Part shown: piece after piece, positions 38,805 through 50,440 of the stretch | Numbering within the stretch: the stretch's first letter is position 1 | Layout of the letters: each line of letters begins with the position of its first letter | Assembly: GCA_001600815.1 (NCBI GenBank) | Contig: BCKZ01000007.1 | Location: forward strand, 682,001-746,000 | Length of the DNA stretch: 64,000 nt | Direction of reading: 5' to 3' | From: Alloascoidea hylecoeti | Taxonomy: Eukaryota | The notes under the pieces: generated by a model | Seen by the model: the letters and a program-made list of their open reading frames with translations, nothing else | Database searches by the model: none | Told to the model about the DNA's origin: nothing | Position numbers and translations under genes: made by a program

Positions 38805-40511
38805 TTAATATTCTATTCTAGTTGCCAAACCTTTACTCCTCCTACTGTTTTGTTCATCGCGCAGAGTAAATAATTGGGCAACGCAAACAAATCCCAGCCC
38901 CAAAAAGCAAAGGAATCCTGTATACACAAACCCAATATGGTACTCAGGCATATCTCTGGCGTTCCACGTCAATATGGGGACCCAAGAGTTTGTAACATAT
39001 GCCAGACAATTCGTGATGGAAACAACAAAGCTTCGCTTCTCGTCATTATCGAATAGCAGCCGATTCACCCAACAGAAGATCATTGGTTGGCCCATCGTTC
39101 CAGGTGCCGCTGATATGTAATACGAAGCCCAATGTAGCCAATTTGGAATATCCCATATTGATAGACAAATTGATGCGAATCCCACTAAAATAAAGTATAC
39201 AATCAAGAAAGGCCATGTGGTCCCGTTGTTCGCATCTGAGATCGTTGCACATATTGTAGCTACTACTATTGAAAGTGCAGTGGTCGATATCGGATAAAGG
39301 TTATATTCTGTCGGCTTATAGCCAAGAGTAATCTTTAACCAACTAATAAACGTTGGTTGACCATGAATTGCCCCCGAGTTATTATAGCAGAGAAATAATA
39401 AGGGGAATACCCAAATGTGCCAAGTGTTCCCAAAACTCTTGATTTTAGCCCATGTTAAAGGTATGGTATTTGAATCCTCATCTACCCAGTCTTCACAATC
39501 TGCACCTATCTTTTTTCTTCTTTCAATTGCAATTTCTTTTTCTCTTTCCGTAAAATACCATGCTTTACTTGTAGCCGGAGTGTTGGGATTAACTGCTATG
39601 GTATACAAGGCAATTGGTAATGAAATCAAAAAGTCAAATAAAAAGAGCCATTTCCATGTAGATAATCCACCAAGACCAGTATTACTACCGTTATCATTAT
39701 CATTTTCAACATCTCCTATAACTTTCAAAACCCCGGTAATGATTATCCCAGTACATAAAGTGCCCAGTGTCCCAGCACAAGCAAACAATGAACTTCTCTT
39801 CGTCAATTCATTTTGCGAGTACCATGATCCTACTAAATATTCCATTCCTGGGAAAAAGCCACTCTCCGTTAAGCCAACTAAAAATCTAATCAAATAAAAC
39901 CATTTAATATCCTCAATAAAAATTGAAACTAATGTTAGCAAACTCCATATGACCTCCAGACCACCAAAGTATAAATTAGGTGGTATCTTATAATGAATTA
40001 ATAACATATTTGAAGGAACCTGACCTATTATATAACCGATTGTCCATAAAGTTTGCAGATAGTTTAGTTCTGATCCATCCATATGGAATTCTTCTTTAAG
40101 ACCATTTAAATATGATATATTTAGATTTCCTTGGTTTAGATATTTGATAAAGTAGCCAAGTGTAGAGGAAGATAAGAGGAAAAAATCTAGTTTAAAAAGA
40201 AATATCATTTCTTCTGGCTTTTTATTTGGATCTTTATAAAGCGTCGTTATTATTTCATAAAATATTCTTTTTATTTTTGATTTTAATGTTCCTGGGGCGT
40301 TGTTATAATGATAGTTGGAATGATAGTTGGAATTGGCAGATGTGGTGATTCCCATATCAATATCATCTACCCCTTCATAACCATATTCACGAGTGCTTAA
40401 GCTTGAATGATTAGATTTTTTAGTAAATAACATACAGTTTGACTCATAAAGAGATCCATAAGTATTTTTCTTGCTGGGCTGTAGTTTGGAGTTGGGACTG
40501 GAGTTAGACAT
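38805..40511 (-). CDS. MFS permease, Fen2/Liz1-like, paralog 3 (most divergent)
   Basis: Same motifs, with a longer N-terminus and loop insertions. Confidence 0.95.
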   Translation of the reverse strand: MSNSSPNSKLQPSKKNTYGSLYESNCMLFTKKSNHSSLSTREYGYEGVDDIDMGITTSANSNYHSNYHYNNAPGTLKSKIKRIFYEIITTLYKDPNKKPEEMIFLFKLDFFLLSSSTLGYFIKYLNQGNLNISYLNGLKEEFHMDGSELNYLQTLWTIGYIIGQVPSNMLLIHYKIPPNLYFGGLEVIWSLLTLVSIFIEDIKWFYLIRFLVGLTESGFFPGMEYLVGSWYSQNELTKRSSLFACAGTLGTLCTGIIITGVLKVIGDVENDNDNGSNTGLGGLSTWKWLFLFDFLISLPIALYTIAVNPNTPATSKAWYFTEREKEIAIERRKKIGADCEDWVDEDSNTIPLTWAKIKSFGNTWHIWVFPLLFLCYNNSGAIHGQPTFISWLKITLGYKPTEYNLYPISTTALSIVVATICATISDANNGTTWPFLIVYFILVGFASICLSIWDIPNWLHWASYYISAAPGTMGQPMIFCWVNRLLFDNDEKRSFVVSITNCLAYVTNSWVPILTWNARDMPEYHIGFVYTGFLCFLGLGFVCVAQLFTLRDEQNSRRSKGLATRIEY

Positions 40512-43080
40512 TTTTAAATTTCCTAATCAGTTATAGTTAATATTGTGACACCGTGCTGCTGATTACCATATAATGTTTTGAATAAAGCTTAATGAACGAC
40601 AAAAAAAAAAGTAATTAAATCGCCAAAGAAGAATTAATAAAGATATATTGATAAAATAAATCTAAAGGTAAGATTAAAAGATTACTGTAATAATGTAGAA
40701 ATAAATGAAAACATTTAAAAATATAAAAATCGGATACTTTATTTTATAAATATGATTTATAAACTTGTATGTGCAATTATAAAAGATAATTTCGTCATTC
40801 CAAGGGTGTGTAACACATCTTGAAATAAATATTTACCCATGACCATTTGCATAATAAATGGCAATTATATCTATAGAATCGCGATGATCCAACTCATTTG
40901 AATACTTTAGTGCTTATCGCAACTATAGCTGTGTTACCTGTATCACTTTAAATGTGGTTTTTTATGCACATCCTTAGCCTATTTCAAAATATTTTCCAGA
41001 TTCTATATCTAGTACTAGTTAAGAGCGATCGATTAATTGATTGATACACAGTTCGAAGAAACATTTTATCTTGATTTATACTCAGGGCTATCAGCTGCAA
41101 GTTAAATAAAGCCACGCGATCGAGTTCCTCGATAATAATAAAATCGGTTCTGTCACATGAGATAATGCCATTTAGGTGTTCTCTCATGTAATGGTATAAA
41201 TCTCAGAAGAAAGGTTACTTCATGACCAAATATAAAACTATGCTGAGATAATAGGTATATCCGGTGCTTATGAACATATAGTTATTAAATAATCTATATA
41301 TGGATTAATATCAGAATTCATTATTATACTGGATTGTATTATATTCTAACTCCTATAACGTATAAGCCTATATTTGCCACATAACTACTTCAATCTGAAC
41401 CAAGTTTGCATGTTTATATTTATCCATTTTCAAGTATGAGGATAAAGAACATGAGACAGCGTGCAAACAATCTTATCTGAAAAAGGCCGCTGTGGGTAAA
41501 TAGTGGCTTTATCTAATGTCAAACGCGATTGTTCCTTTTTCGCTTTGAATTAAGGTTTTCTTGGCAAGGTTTATGCATCGCATTTTTTGGAGTATTTCCC
41601 CGGCACACAACTCTATTATTATGATTAAATATCTATGATTTCAACGTCAAAACACAAATATGGTTATAACTTGGTTTTTATACTAGGTAGCATGATTGGT
41701 CGACACCTTCAAAAACATTAATTAATAAGGACACAAATAATTTGAATTATTAATGTGGTGATCCCTAATCAAGATTTCAATGCATATGCATATAAAGAGA
41801 AAGCGAATCGACAATTTCCCCATGAGCAGTAACTTCCAGATATGTATTTATGCATCTGCATAAGTACCACATATGGATATGCAAGTATGACGAATTGCTA
41901 TATATAGTAATATATAACATGGTTTGCATATCCAAATAAATTAAATTGTTCTCAATATTTCAAAAATCAACTTTCAATCATTATTCCTAACCGGTTTTTG
42001 TTTGTCTTCGATATGTTTCCTAACTTTATATCTTCTTCTCAAATAGTTTCCTCTTGTTCTAAAAGGCTTGCGATCTTTTGCCTTCGGGTTTCTACTAAAA
42101 ATATCTGGTTAACACCCAGGCCTGATCTGTTTCAACCTGCAACATTAATATCATTTCAGGTGACATAATATCATTTAAGTCGTGCCAATTTATGAGACGT
42201 TTAATAATTCCAACTAACTTGTTCTTTCGGTTTTTTTCAATATTCTTAATATATGGAACTCGTTTAATCCCATTTTTTGGTTTGTTTCGAAGCAGTTATA
42301 ATTGACCCTGGTTGATAATCTTCTACCACATATACAAGATATAAAACACATGCTTCATTGTGATCAGCTGGAAATATAATAGACACTGTTGCTATTGGTT
42401 GGGATTCAGGGGCTTCAATGGAGTTTTCCTCATATTTGGTTATATCAAAATAAATAACAGATATTTCACTAGACTTTGACAACATTTCTCGTTAGGTTAG
42501 AGACTAATTATTGGTAATACACTTAAAATATATCGTTACATATTACACAAACTTTCAATAGAATATTGGGTAAATAATTGACAGAAATTACATTATTTTT
42601 GTTATCAAAAGAAATTATCTTCGGCGTTTGTTCAATCAACTCGCTTTATATTTGTTACTATAAAATTGTTCGCTATAATAGCTAGATACATGTGAATAGT
42701 TATGCCCCCCATAAATATAGCTATGTATTTTATCTGATCAAACAACAAAATCATGCTCCTAATTTGATGTTGATATTGCCTTACAATCGGGAGTTCTTTC
42801 TCTTACCAAGAACCTAAATCTTTTTTATTTTAAGTAAAATCAGTATTATCAATGATTTTAATATAAATATTATAAAAACTCATATGTACAGTAGTATTTA
42901 TGCAAATTAGGAGATTTAGATATTTTAGATTCGTTTTTAATCTTGAAAAAATGAGATTTTTAATCCGGGTAATTTATTGAACTTCATCACTTCAGATTTC
43001 CAAACGCGAACTTCAATTTAAGTTACTTGTATTTATCTGGAACAATATATTTTAAATTCTTGGTATAATTGCTATTTGAA

Positions 43081-44024
43081 ATGGATCGTTCTTTAGATGA
43101 AATTATTGGAAATAATGTATGTTCCAAGTAATTATCATATTGTTTTCTGGCCCATTTTTATTCTAACTTGGGTTGACGTATAAGGATACAAAAAAGCGTG
43201 GATATAGAAGAAACCATGGTAGTGTAAGAAAGTCTCGTGATCATGGAAGAGGTAGAAGGAATGATAGGCAATATAGGTATGTCAAACGTTGCGGATTGTG
43301 CTATTGACAATGGCTTCTGAAGAATAGAACCTAATGGTGAAATAGGGACAACAGAAAAAAAAGGCTACTGGTTTCGAATCTTCATTATGAGCTAAACGAA
43401 ACAGACATATATGTAAGTTAAGATGATTTATGAATCCCATAATCTACTGTAAATTGAAATGGTTAGCTAATTCGGAATTTTTTCAATTTTGATAAATAGG
43501 ATCTATTCTCTCAGGTTGGGGATTTAGCAGAAGTTCACCTTCATTATGATAAAGCAGGTCGTTCCGAAGGGTCAGCAACAGTCGAATATTCTGATCCCGC
43601 TGATATAGATGAAGCAATACGTCGATTTGATGGAAAAACTGCTGTTGGAATGAAGATTTCAGTGAAAGTGGATATTCCATTAGAAAACCGAATTGGAGCA
43701 CGACCACGACGTAGAGATAGTAGAAACAATCGAAAATCTCGGAGTCCTAGAAGTGATGATAAAGATAAAAAAAGAAATGGTGGTAGAAGGCAAAAAAAGA
43801 GTTTGGAGGAATTAGATGCAGAGTTGAATAATTATATGGGAATAGAAGGAGATAATACCAACGAAAGCACGGCTGTTAATGGTGAATTGGGTAAATCAAT
43901 CAATAGTGATGACGAAAAAACTTTGACAAATGAGCCAGAGAATTCGGTGGACGGTAATTTACCAACAATCCCGGAAGCTGAACCTACTACACAAGTTAAT
44001 GACGATCAGATGATTCTTGATTGA
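43081..44024 (+). CDS. Yra1/REF(Aly)-family RRM mRNA-export adaptor (239 aa); exons 43081-43116, 43185-43276, 43346-43412, 43500-44024
   Basis: N-box MDRSLDEII, RRM (LLVSNLHYEL..DLFSQVG..YDKAGRSEGSA), C-box KKSLEELDAELNNYM. Three GT-AG introns give an open frame. Confidence 0.88.
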
Positions 44025-44380
44025 TCTGATAATATCATGGGCAATATTGTTCCAAATTTTGTCTATAAAAGATGTCTTTTTTAAAAAATAGTTTTAATGC
44101 TCATAGTGCAATAAATGATCTAACACAAGGATCTAACACTTTTGTTAGAGACCAGATGTAATAATCATGATAAAAATACTCAAATAAATGTGTACACCTA
44201 TAAAATACTCACTCAGTTTAATAACTTAAACAATTTATTATAAGCTTATCATATATGTAACTAACAAAAAGTAACAATATAAAACATAAACATAATTACA
44301 AATGCATATTAACTTGCGAGTCTTTCCTAACTATGACACACTATTTTAACTGTGTACCTATTAGATGGATCTATCCTCCG

Positions 44381-46018
44381 TTAGAGCTTTTCAGTATCAT
44401 TGACTGTGGTAGCAGAGATCTTGTCCCCTGACTTTGTTTGTTCATGTTGCTTTTCAGATTTATAAAGTTGACGCCTTTCTTCCGCCCTTTTATCATCTCT
44501 CTTAGTGAGAAAGAGAGCAATAGTTGTCATAATAATACCTAAAGAAGATAAGCATGCCGTGAAAGTAAAACCTACATGGTATTCTGGTAAATCATCGGCA
44601 CTCCATGTGAAAATGGGAAGCCAAGCATTGGTGACATATGCCAAGACATTGGTGACAGCTACTGTCAAGTTTCTTTTTTGATCATCGTAGAAGAGTAGTC
44701 TATTAACCCAACAAAAGATCATAGGTTGTCCCATTGTGTTAGGAACTGTAACTGCATAATAAGCGAACCAATGTAATCCTATCGGAATATCCCAAATTGA
44801 TAAACAAATGCAACCAAATAGCAAGGAAACAAAAAATACATAAACAAAAGGATATGTTCGACCCTTTAAGTAATCTGCTAAATAAGCCGCAAATATGGCA
44901 CATCCAATAGCAGCACCACTAGCTGAGGTTGGATACATATTATAATGCTCTTGGGACATTCCTAAAGAATATTTTAACCAACCTGAGAATGTAGGTTGAC
45001 CACTTGCATTACAAGAATTATTATAGCATAAAAACAATATAGGAAATACCCAAATGTGCCATGTATTGAATATTGATTTGATTTTTTCCCAAGTATATGG
45101 CTGACGTGTATTAAGCTGTGCACCTATTCTTTTTCTTCTTTCAATTGCAATCTCCTTTTGTCTTTCAGTCAAGTACCAAGCTGTACAGGTACTTGGTGTA
45201 TTTGGATCAACGCACATAGTATAGATTCCAACAGGATAAGATATTACAGCATCGAATACAAAAAGCCATTTCCATGCCGGATATTTTGTATTTGTTTTAC
45301 CAATACCATCTATAATAGCGGATACTAGAAATCCAGTTACCATTTGGCCAGCGGTACCAGCACATGCAAATAAGGCAGAACGTTTGGTAATTTCTTCTTT
45401 AGAATACCACGAGCCAACAAGATATTCCATACCAGGAAAAAATCCACTCTCTGTTAAACCAACAAGGAATCTAATTGCGTATAAGTGTTCGACCTTGGTA
45501 ACAGCTGTTGTGCAAATAGTCAAAGTAGCCCAAACAAATTCCAACCCTCCGAGATAAAACCGAGCTGAGATACGGTGAAGAATTAGATTTGAAGGAATTT
45601 GACCAACAATATAACCGACAGTCCACAATGTTTGCATATAATTTAATTGACTACCAGTCATTGATAGATCTTCTTTCATACCATTAAGGTATGCGCTATT
45701 AAGGTTGGCCTGGTCTAGGTATTTAATGAAATATCCCAACATCGAACTTGATAGTAAGAAGAAATCTAACTTAGCCAAGAACCTCTGCTCTTCTTCTGAT
45801 TTATCAACCGAATCCCATAGGAATTTCTTTACTTTATAATTCCATTTACTCCTTTTAAGTTTTTCCTCTTCTGACAAACTTTCTTCTTCATCATAGTCGA
45901 GATATGTCTCATCGAAACCCTGACCTGATGTAATAATTGTAGTGGGTTGTTTTTCATCTTCACTTGATTCATTCTCAATGTCCTTATGGTGTCCTCTACC
46001 CAGATGAATTGTAACCAT
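44381..46018 (-). CDS. MFS permease, Fen2/Liz1-like, paralog 4
   Basis: Same motifs; near-identical DNA blocks with paralog 2. Confidence 0.95.
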   Translation of the reverse strand: MVTIHLGRGHHKDIENESSEDEKQPTTIITSGQGFDETYLDYDEEESLSEEEKLKRSKWNYKVKKFLWDSVDKSEEEQRFLAKLDFFLLSSSMLGYFIKYLDQANLNSAYLNGMKEDLSMTGSQLNYMQTLWTVGYIVGQIPSNLILHRISARFYLGGLEFVWATLTICTTAVTKVEHLYAIRFLVGLTESGFFPGMEYLVGSWYSKEEITKRSALFACAGTAGQMVTGFLVSAIIDGIGKTNTKYPAWKWLFVFDAVISYPVGIYTMCVDPNTPSTCTAWYLTERQKEIAIERRKRIGAQLNTRQPYTWEKIKSIFNTWHIWVFPILFLCYNNSCNASGQPTFSGWLKYSLGMSQEHYNMYPTSASGAAIGCAIFAAYLADYLKGRTYPFVYVFFVSLLFGCICLSIWDIPIGLHWFAYYAVTVPNTMGQPMIFCWVNRLLFYDDQKRNLTVAVTNVLAYVTNAWLPIFTWSADDLPEYHVGFTFTACLSSLGIIMTTIALFLTKRDDKRAEERRQLYKSEKQHEQTKSGDKISATTVNDTEKL

Positions 46019-47305
46019 CTTGATATCAATTTAAGGTCCTATAGAGATTTAATATGCTAATTATAACAGTTGCAAAATAATCACTATGTGAAGATAATAA
46101 CTAGAATAAGGAGATAAAGTTGGAGTCCTACCTTTTATATTCAGATTTTTTCTTCTATTAATCAGTATTTTAAATTGGTTTTAGGAGCTTGTGAAGCTTA
46201 ATTTTTTATAAGCTCATATATTACATGATAACCGATAATAATAATTTTGATGCATGCCAATATTGTTATATATTGATCAAAGTAGAAAAAGTTTTTGTTT
46301 AATAAATAAATTCGCAATATCTTTGCATATTAGCTCATGAGAGCTGAACAAATCAAAATTACATCTTCGACAATTATTATTTGAAAATATTTTAATTTAA
46401 ATGTAGGCTGTAAGTCGCATTATCAATGATCGGGGCATCAACACCTAATATTCACATGCCTTCTGTGTGGTAAATTGATATATAGTGAAATGAAGTTACG
46501 CTTCATTTGCAATTGAGATGGTAGAAGTGATAAATATGTAGGTAAATACATTAACACAAATGTACCTTCGGATCATGCATATGACTTGATTCACGATGTT
46601 TTAATAATTATAGCTAGAATGGTAATTCTAAAGATTACTATCTTATAATTTTTTCATTGAAATATAATATTCCACATTTATATATTTTAAGATCTAGAGA
46701 TTAAGCTTTTCAATCGGGATTCGGGAAGGCTTATAAATATCAATTCCAAGCATTAGATTGCTTAAATCTGTTAAATACAGTGCATAAACTGATATAATAC
46801 TGATCTAATTATATTCGCAATATTTTTACATATTTGCTCATTGGATTCAAAATTAATTATCCATAATTATCCATAATTATCCACTTCTTCATCATCAAAA
46901 TTTATCATATATGTGTAGGCCCCATATGCCTGCTAAATTTTCTATCTAGATCTTTGTTATATAATTAATATTGATCATGATATGACCGGTGCAATACTGA
47001 TAAATTATATGGTAGATATAGTAAGATTAAGAAGTACTCTATAAGGTTATAAATAGCTATAAAACTAGATATGAGAGGAGGAGAATGTCATTATTTCGAC
47101 TGGTTCACGGTCAGAATATTTGTCCAAAATATATATTTAATATTCCTTCTTCAAAATCTTGTTCTAATAATTTCTACATGACGTTAAACTGGTTGACTGG
47201 CCCCATATCTATATCTTCTAAGCTTACAATTTTCTCATTGAATTCAAAAATTAAATATTATATACCACGCTAATTCATATGACAACTAGATAAGGCTTTT
47301 TAACT

Positions 47306-47510
47306 TATACTACATGTTTCCAGTTACTTTAGGCTACCTTTGATGAATAAATATCTCCCCATCCCATTACTGATAACTTTTTCTATACTATGATTATATT
47401 ATAGATGTATACGGATTAAGCTTATAGTATAGAAAAAGTTATCAGTAATGGGATGGGGAGATATTAATTTATCAAATGTGGACGAAATTAAGTGGAATAA
47501 TTGTATTATA
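47306..47510. repeat. Long inverted repeat: perfect 42-bp arms (47350-47391 / 47424-47465), 32-nt spacer, diverged outer arms
   Basis: AATATCTCCCCATCCCATTACTGATAACTTTTTCTATACTAT and its exact reverse complement. Confidence 0.95.
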
Positions 47511-49624
47511 TCTTATCACTGCATCATAAATAGTCACGTGTAATAGCGAATAATGCTTCACTTCTTATGTTTTTTTCTTTGACCTCCACAGTCCACACTG
47601 CATTATTTTTATTTTTATTACATATACATGGTATCAAATTTTTTTATTTACCATGCGGCTCTTAACTAATTATAACCAGTACGCCGTACATGTACCAGTA
47701 AGCAGTACTAAGCACGCGAATTATAAACCAGATATAATGCTATACCGATAGTTACACCGAATTGCATTAAATCACAGATTCACAACATGATTATGGCTAT
47801 ATAATAAGACCCACTGTCAAGGCAACTTCAGAATCTTTAAATATTTCCTCAGATATTTATTGCTAGTTACTATAGATGAGTACTCTTGAAGAACTTCTAT
47901 ATTGGAGATACTTTATAGCTAAAGTTGGTACCTGCATGTCTCTGCATTATTGTTTGATGAGTTAATGGATGGCTTTACTTTGCTTCACAATATTAGAAAT
48001 CAACAAAAATATCAGAGGTAGCTTGGCCATTATTTTGATGGCTCCTACAGCTGGAAATTTGAGTTGTTGTTGAACACAAATATAAAGGCATCATTTCTAA
48101 GTTATTGGAGTTAGCTTTGGGTAGTACTAATTTTAATACTGATCTTGATCATGATATAATCTCACAATTAAAACAGATCTATATGTATTTAGATACGACA
48201 TCGTTAGTATTGCGAAAAGCAACAGTGATCCATCCAATACATACTTCACTAATTATTTTCACAAATTTCATGATGAGTAAATTTACAAAAGAATTTAAAG
48301 AACTTTAGTGAATGGATAAAATAAGAGAGTTGATAGATCGACTTTAAGGTTTTGGATTTAATTTTGATTTCCTCTTTTAAGTGGTTTCTAGATATAAACT
48401 TTTCATGTTGCAACACTAATTAAACGTAGTAAAGTATTGCTTTAACGAGAGCGGAATTTGAGCTGAAGGGCGAGATTGTGTTACCTATAGAATCTCCCTA
48501 ATAACAACAGACTAAATGTAGGAATGAACGATTAATGAACGACGAATAAAACGATGAGTAAACCAATAAATAATGTGTAATATAACCTACGAACAAAGGA
48601 GAGGAAATCACCTACCTAGTGAAAAATTTCAGCATTTTCATATTTAAAACTTTTTGATCACAAAACAGAATATTTCGATCTGAATAAGAAGTGGTAGAGG
48701 TTTTCCATTCTTCCATTCTATGATCGATCAATAGTAGTTAAGCTTCTAAGAGTCACACTAGATACGTAAAGCTGTGGCACCTTAATCTTTTTGATTTTTT
48801 GGTCTTTTGATTTCAGTAATTATGCAAAAAGTGCTTTATGGAAGAAAAGAAGATAGATCACTAAATTTCCATACTAATCGCCAAAAAAAAAAACTCACAG
48901 AAAATGCTAGTTAAAAAAAAAAATTAGCGTTATGAATTAGTGGAAATTTTATTTAAAGGGGTTCCGAAACATAATTTAGTTAAAAAAAAACATAAAAGAC
49001 ATAAGTTAGAAGCATCTTTAGATCTAGAGGGAAAGATAAGTTATGAAGAGGTTCTATACCCTCACATATAGGTACAGTATAAAGTAGACAGGCTCGTTAC
49101 GAGAAAAGAAGTGAAGAGTTCTAGATTAACAAATCTGAATCTAGACTACCAAATCAAATTTAAGTTTTGACCATTCCTAAAAGACAGTAATCTAAATTTG
49201 CAGAAGTAGCTGTAATTAGCTTATATACCAATATCTTAAACCAGGTTATAGCATGTGCACGTTAGTCTCAATATGAGCATGATATATTAGTGTGACACAG
49301 ATATTTATAGTTAAACAAGCATACATAATTTGGTTTACGCGTAGCAGTTATAAAGGATTAAGAAAATATCTGACGAGGACTCTTCATATATATTTTTATG
49401 ATAAATAGAGTGGACAGTTCACCATTTTTCCGGCTCTTAAATTCATATAATTTTTAATTTGTACCATGGCCGGTTGCAGTATAATCCCCGCGGATTTTCT
49501 TTCGAGAATAAGTCAATTTCAAAATACCTAAACTAGCTAACTTATATGTTTATATAATATACAAAGTATACGGTCCTTCATCTTTCCTTCATTTCTCTTT
49601 CATAATCCTAACTTATTATTTGAA

Positions 49625-50440
49625 ATGACGACTTCAGTCACAAAATACTCATTGGAAGTTCCAACAGTTATGAACTCAGTTTTACCAAAGCCTCAGCAAT
49701 GGGATGGCGACCCATACACACTATATAAGTTTATATCGCAGATGGACAGATATTTGTCAAGCTTTTCTCCTAGGTTAACAAGAGAAATCGCGCTTCAGCT
49801 ATATCTAGATTCGTTGCCAGAAATTATTTTAGATAAAGTGGAGTATGATATCTATGGCGTTACTTCATATACTTCAACTGCTATTAACTATGGTAATGGT
49901 TCCACCCAAAGGTATCCAACTGGACCTGATGAGCTGACAGCGCGTTTGAAAGAGATTTTCAAGCCTAATATGGAAGCAAGAACAGTTAAAAAGATTGAAA
50001 CTATAGCTATGAACCAATATGATAGTCTAGACGAGTATGCGAGAGACCATTATGTGTTGGCTTGTATGGTGCCAGATAGAGCAGTTAACAAAAAGCATGG
50101 AACTGCCGATACATTCATAAAGGAAACATTTTTTAAAGGTTTATCCCCCGAATTACAGAAAAAATATAGAGGTGAGTATGATAACTATCAATTTTATGAT
50201 CCTTTCAGGTTGAAAGTCGTTATGGATGAACAAAAAGTTTGCTGCAAAAAAGGTTCTTTAATGTTTCCACATTCAAAATTTGCTGGGCTTAACCAAGATG
50301 ACCCAAATTTAAAAGAAATGTGTGATCCTGTGCGGTTGGGAAGATCAATCACAGCCCCTAAAACCAAATCGTATCCTAGGAATATTTACACAAAAGATCT
50401 CGAAGATAAGTTTGAAAGCCTTAAATATATTATATCGTAA
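49625..50440 (+). CDS. Stand-alone Ty3/gypsy-type Gag capsid protein (271 aa)
   Basis: PKPQQWDGDPYTLYKFISQMDRY (capsid N-domain start), MNQYDSLDEYARDHYVLA (major-homology-region-like), ETFFKGLSPELQKK. No CCHC knuckle and no downstream pol. Confidence 0.8.
   Translation: MTTSVTKYSLEVPTVMNSVLPKPQQWDGDPYTLYKFISQMDRYLSSFSPRLTREIALQLYLDSLPEIILDKVEYDIYGVTSYTSTAINYGNGSTQRYPTGPDELTARLKEIFKPNMEARTVKKIETIAMNQYDSLDEYARDHYVLACMVPDRAVNKKHGTADTFIKETFFKGLSPELQKKYRGEYDNYQFYDPFRLKVVMDEQKVCCKKGSLMFPHSKFAGLNQDDPNLKEMCDPVRLGRSITAPKTKSYPRNIYTKDLEDKFESLKYIIS

Noticed and set aside
41000..42660. Coding-like decayed stretches between MFS paralog 3 and the Yra1-family gene
   Set aside because: Partly open frames but no motif I can assign; needs BLASTx.
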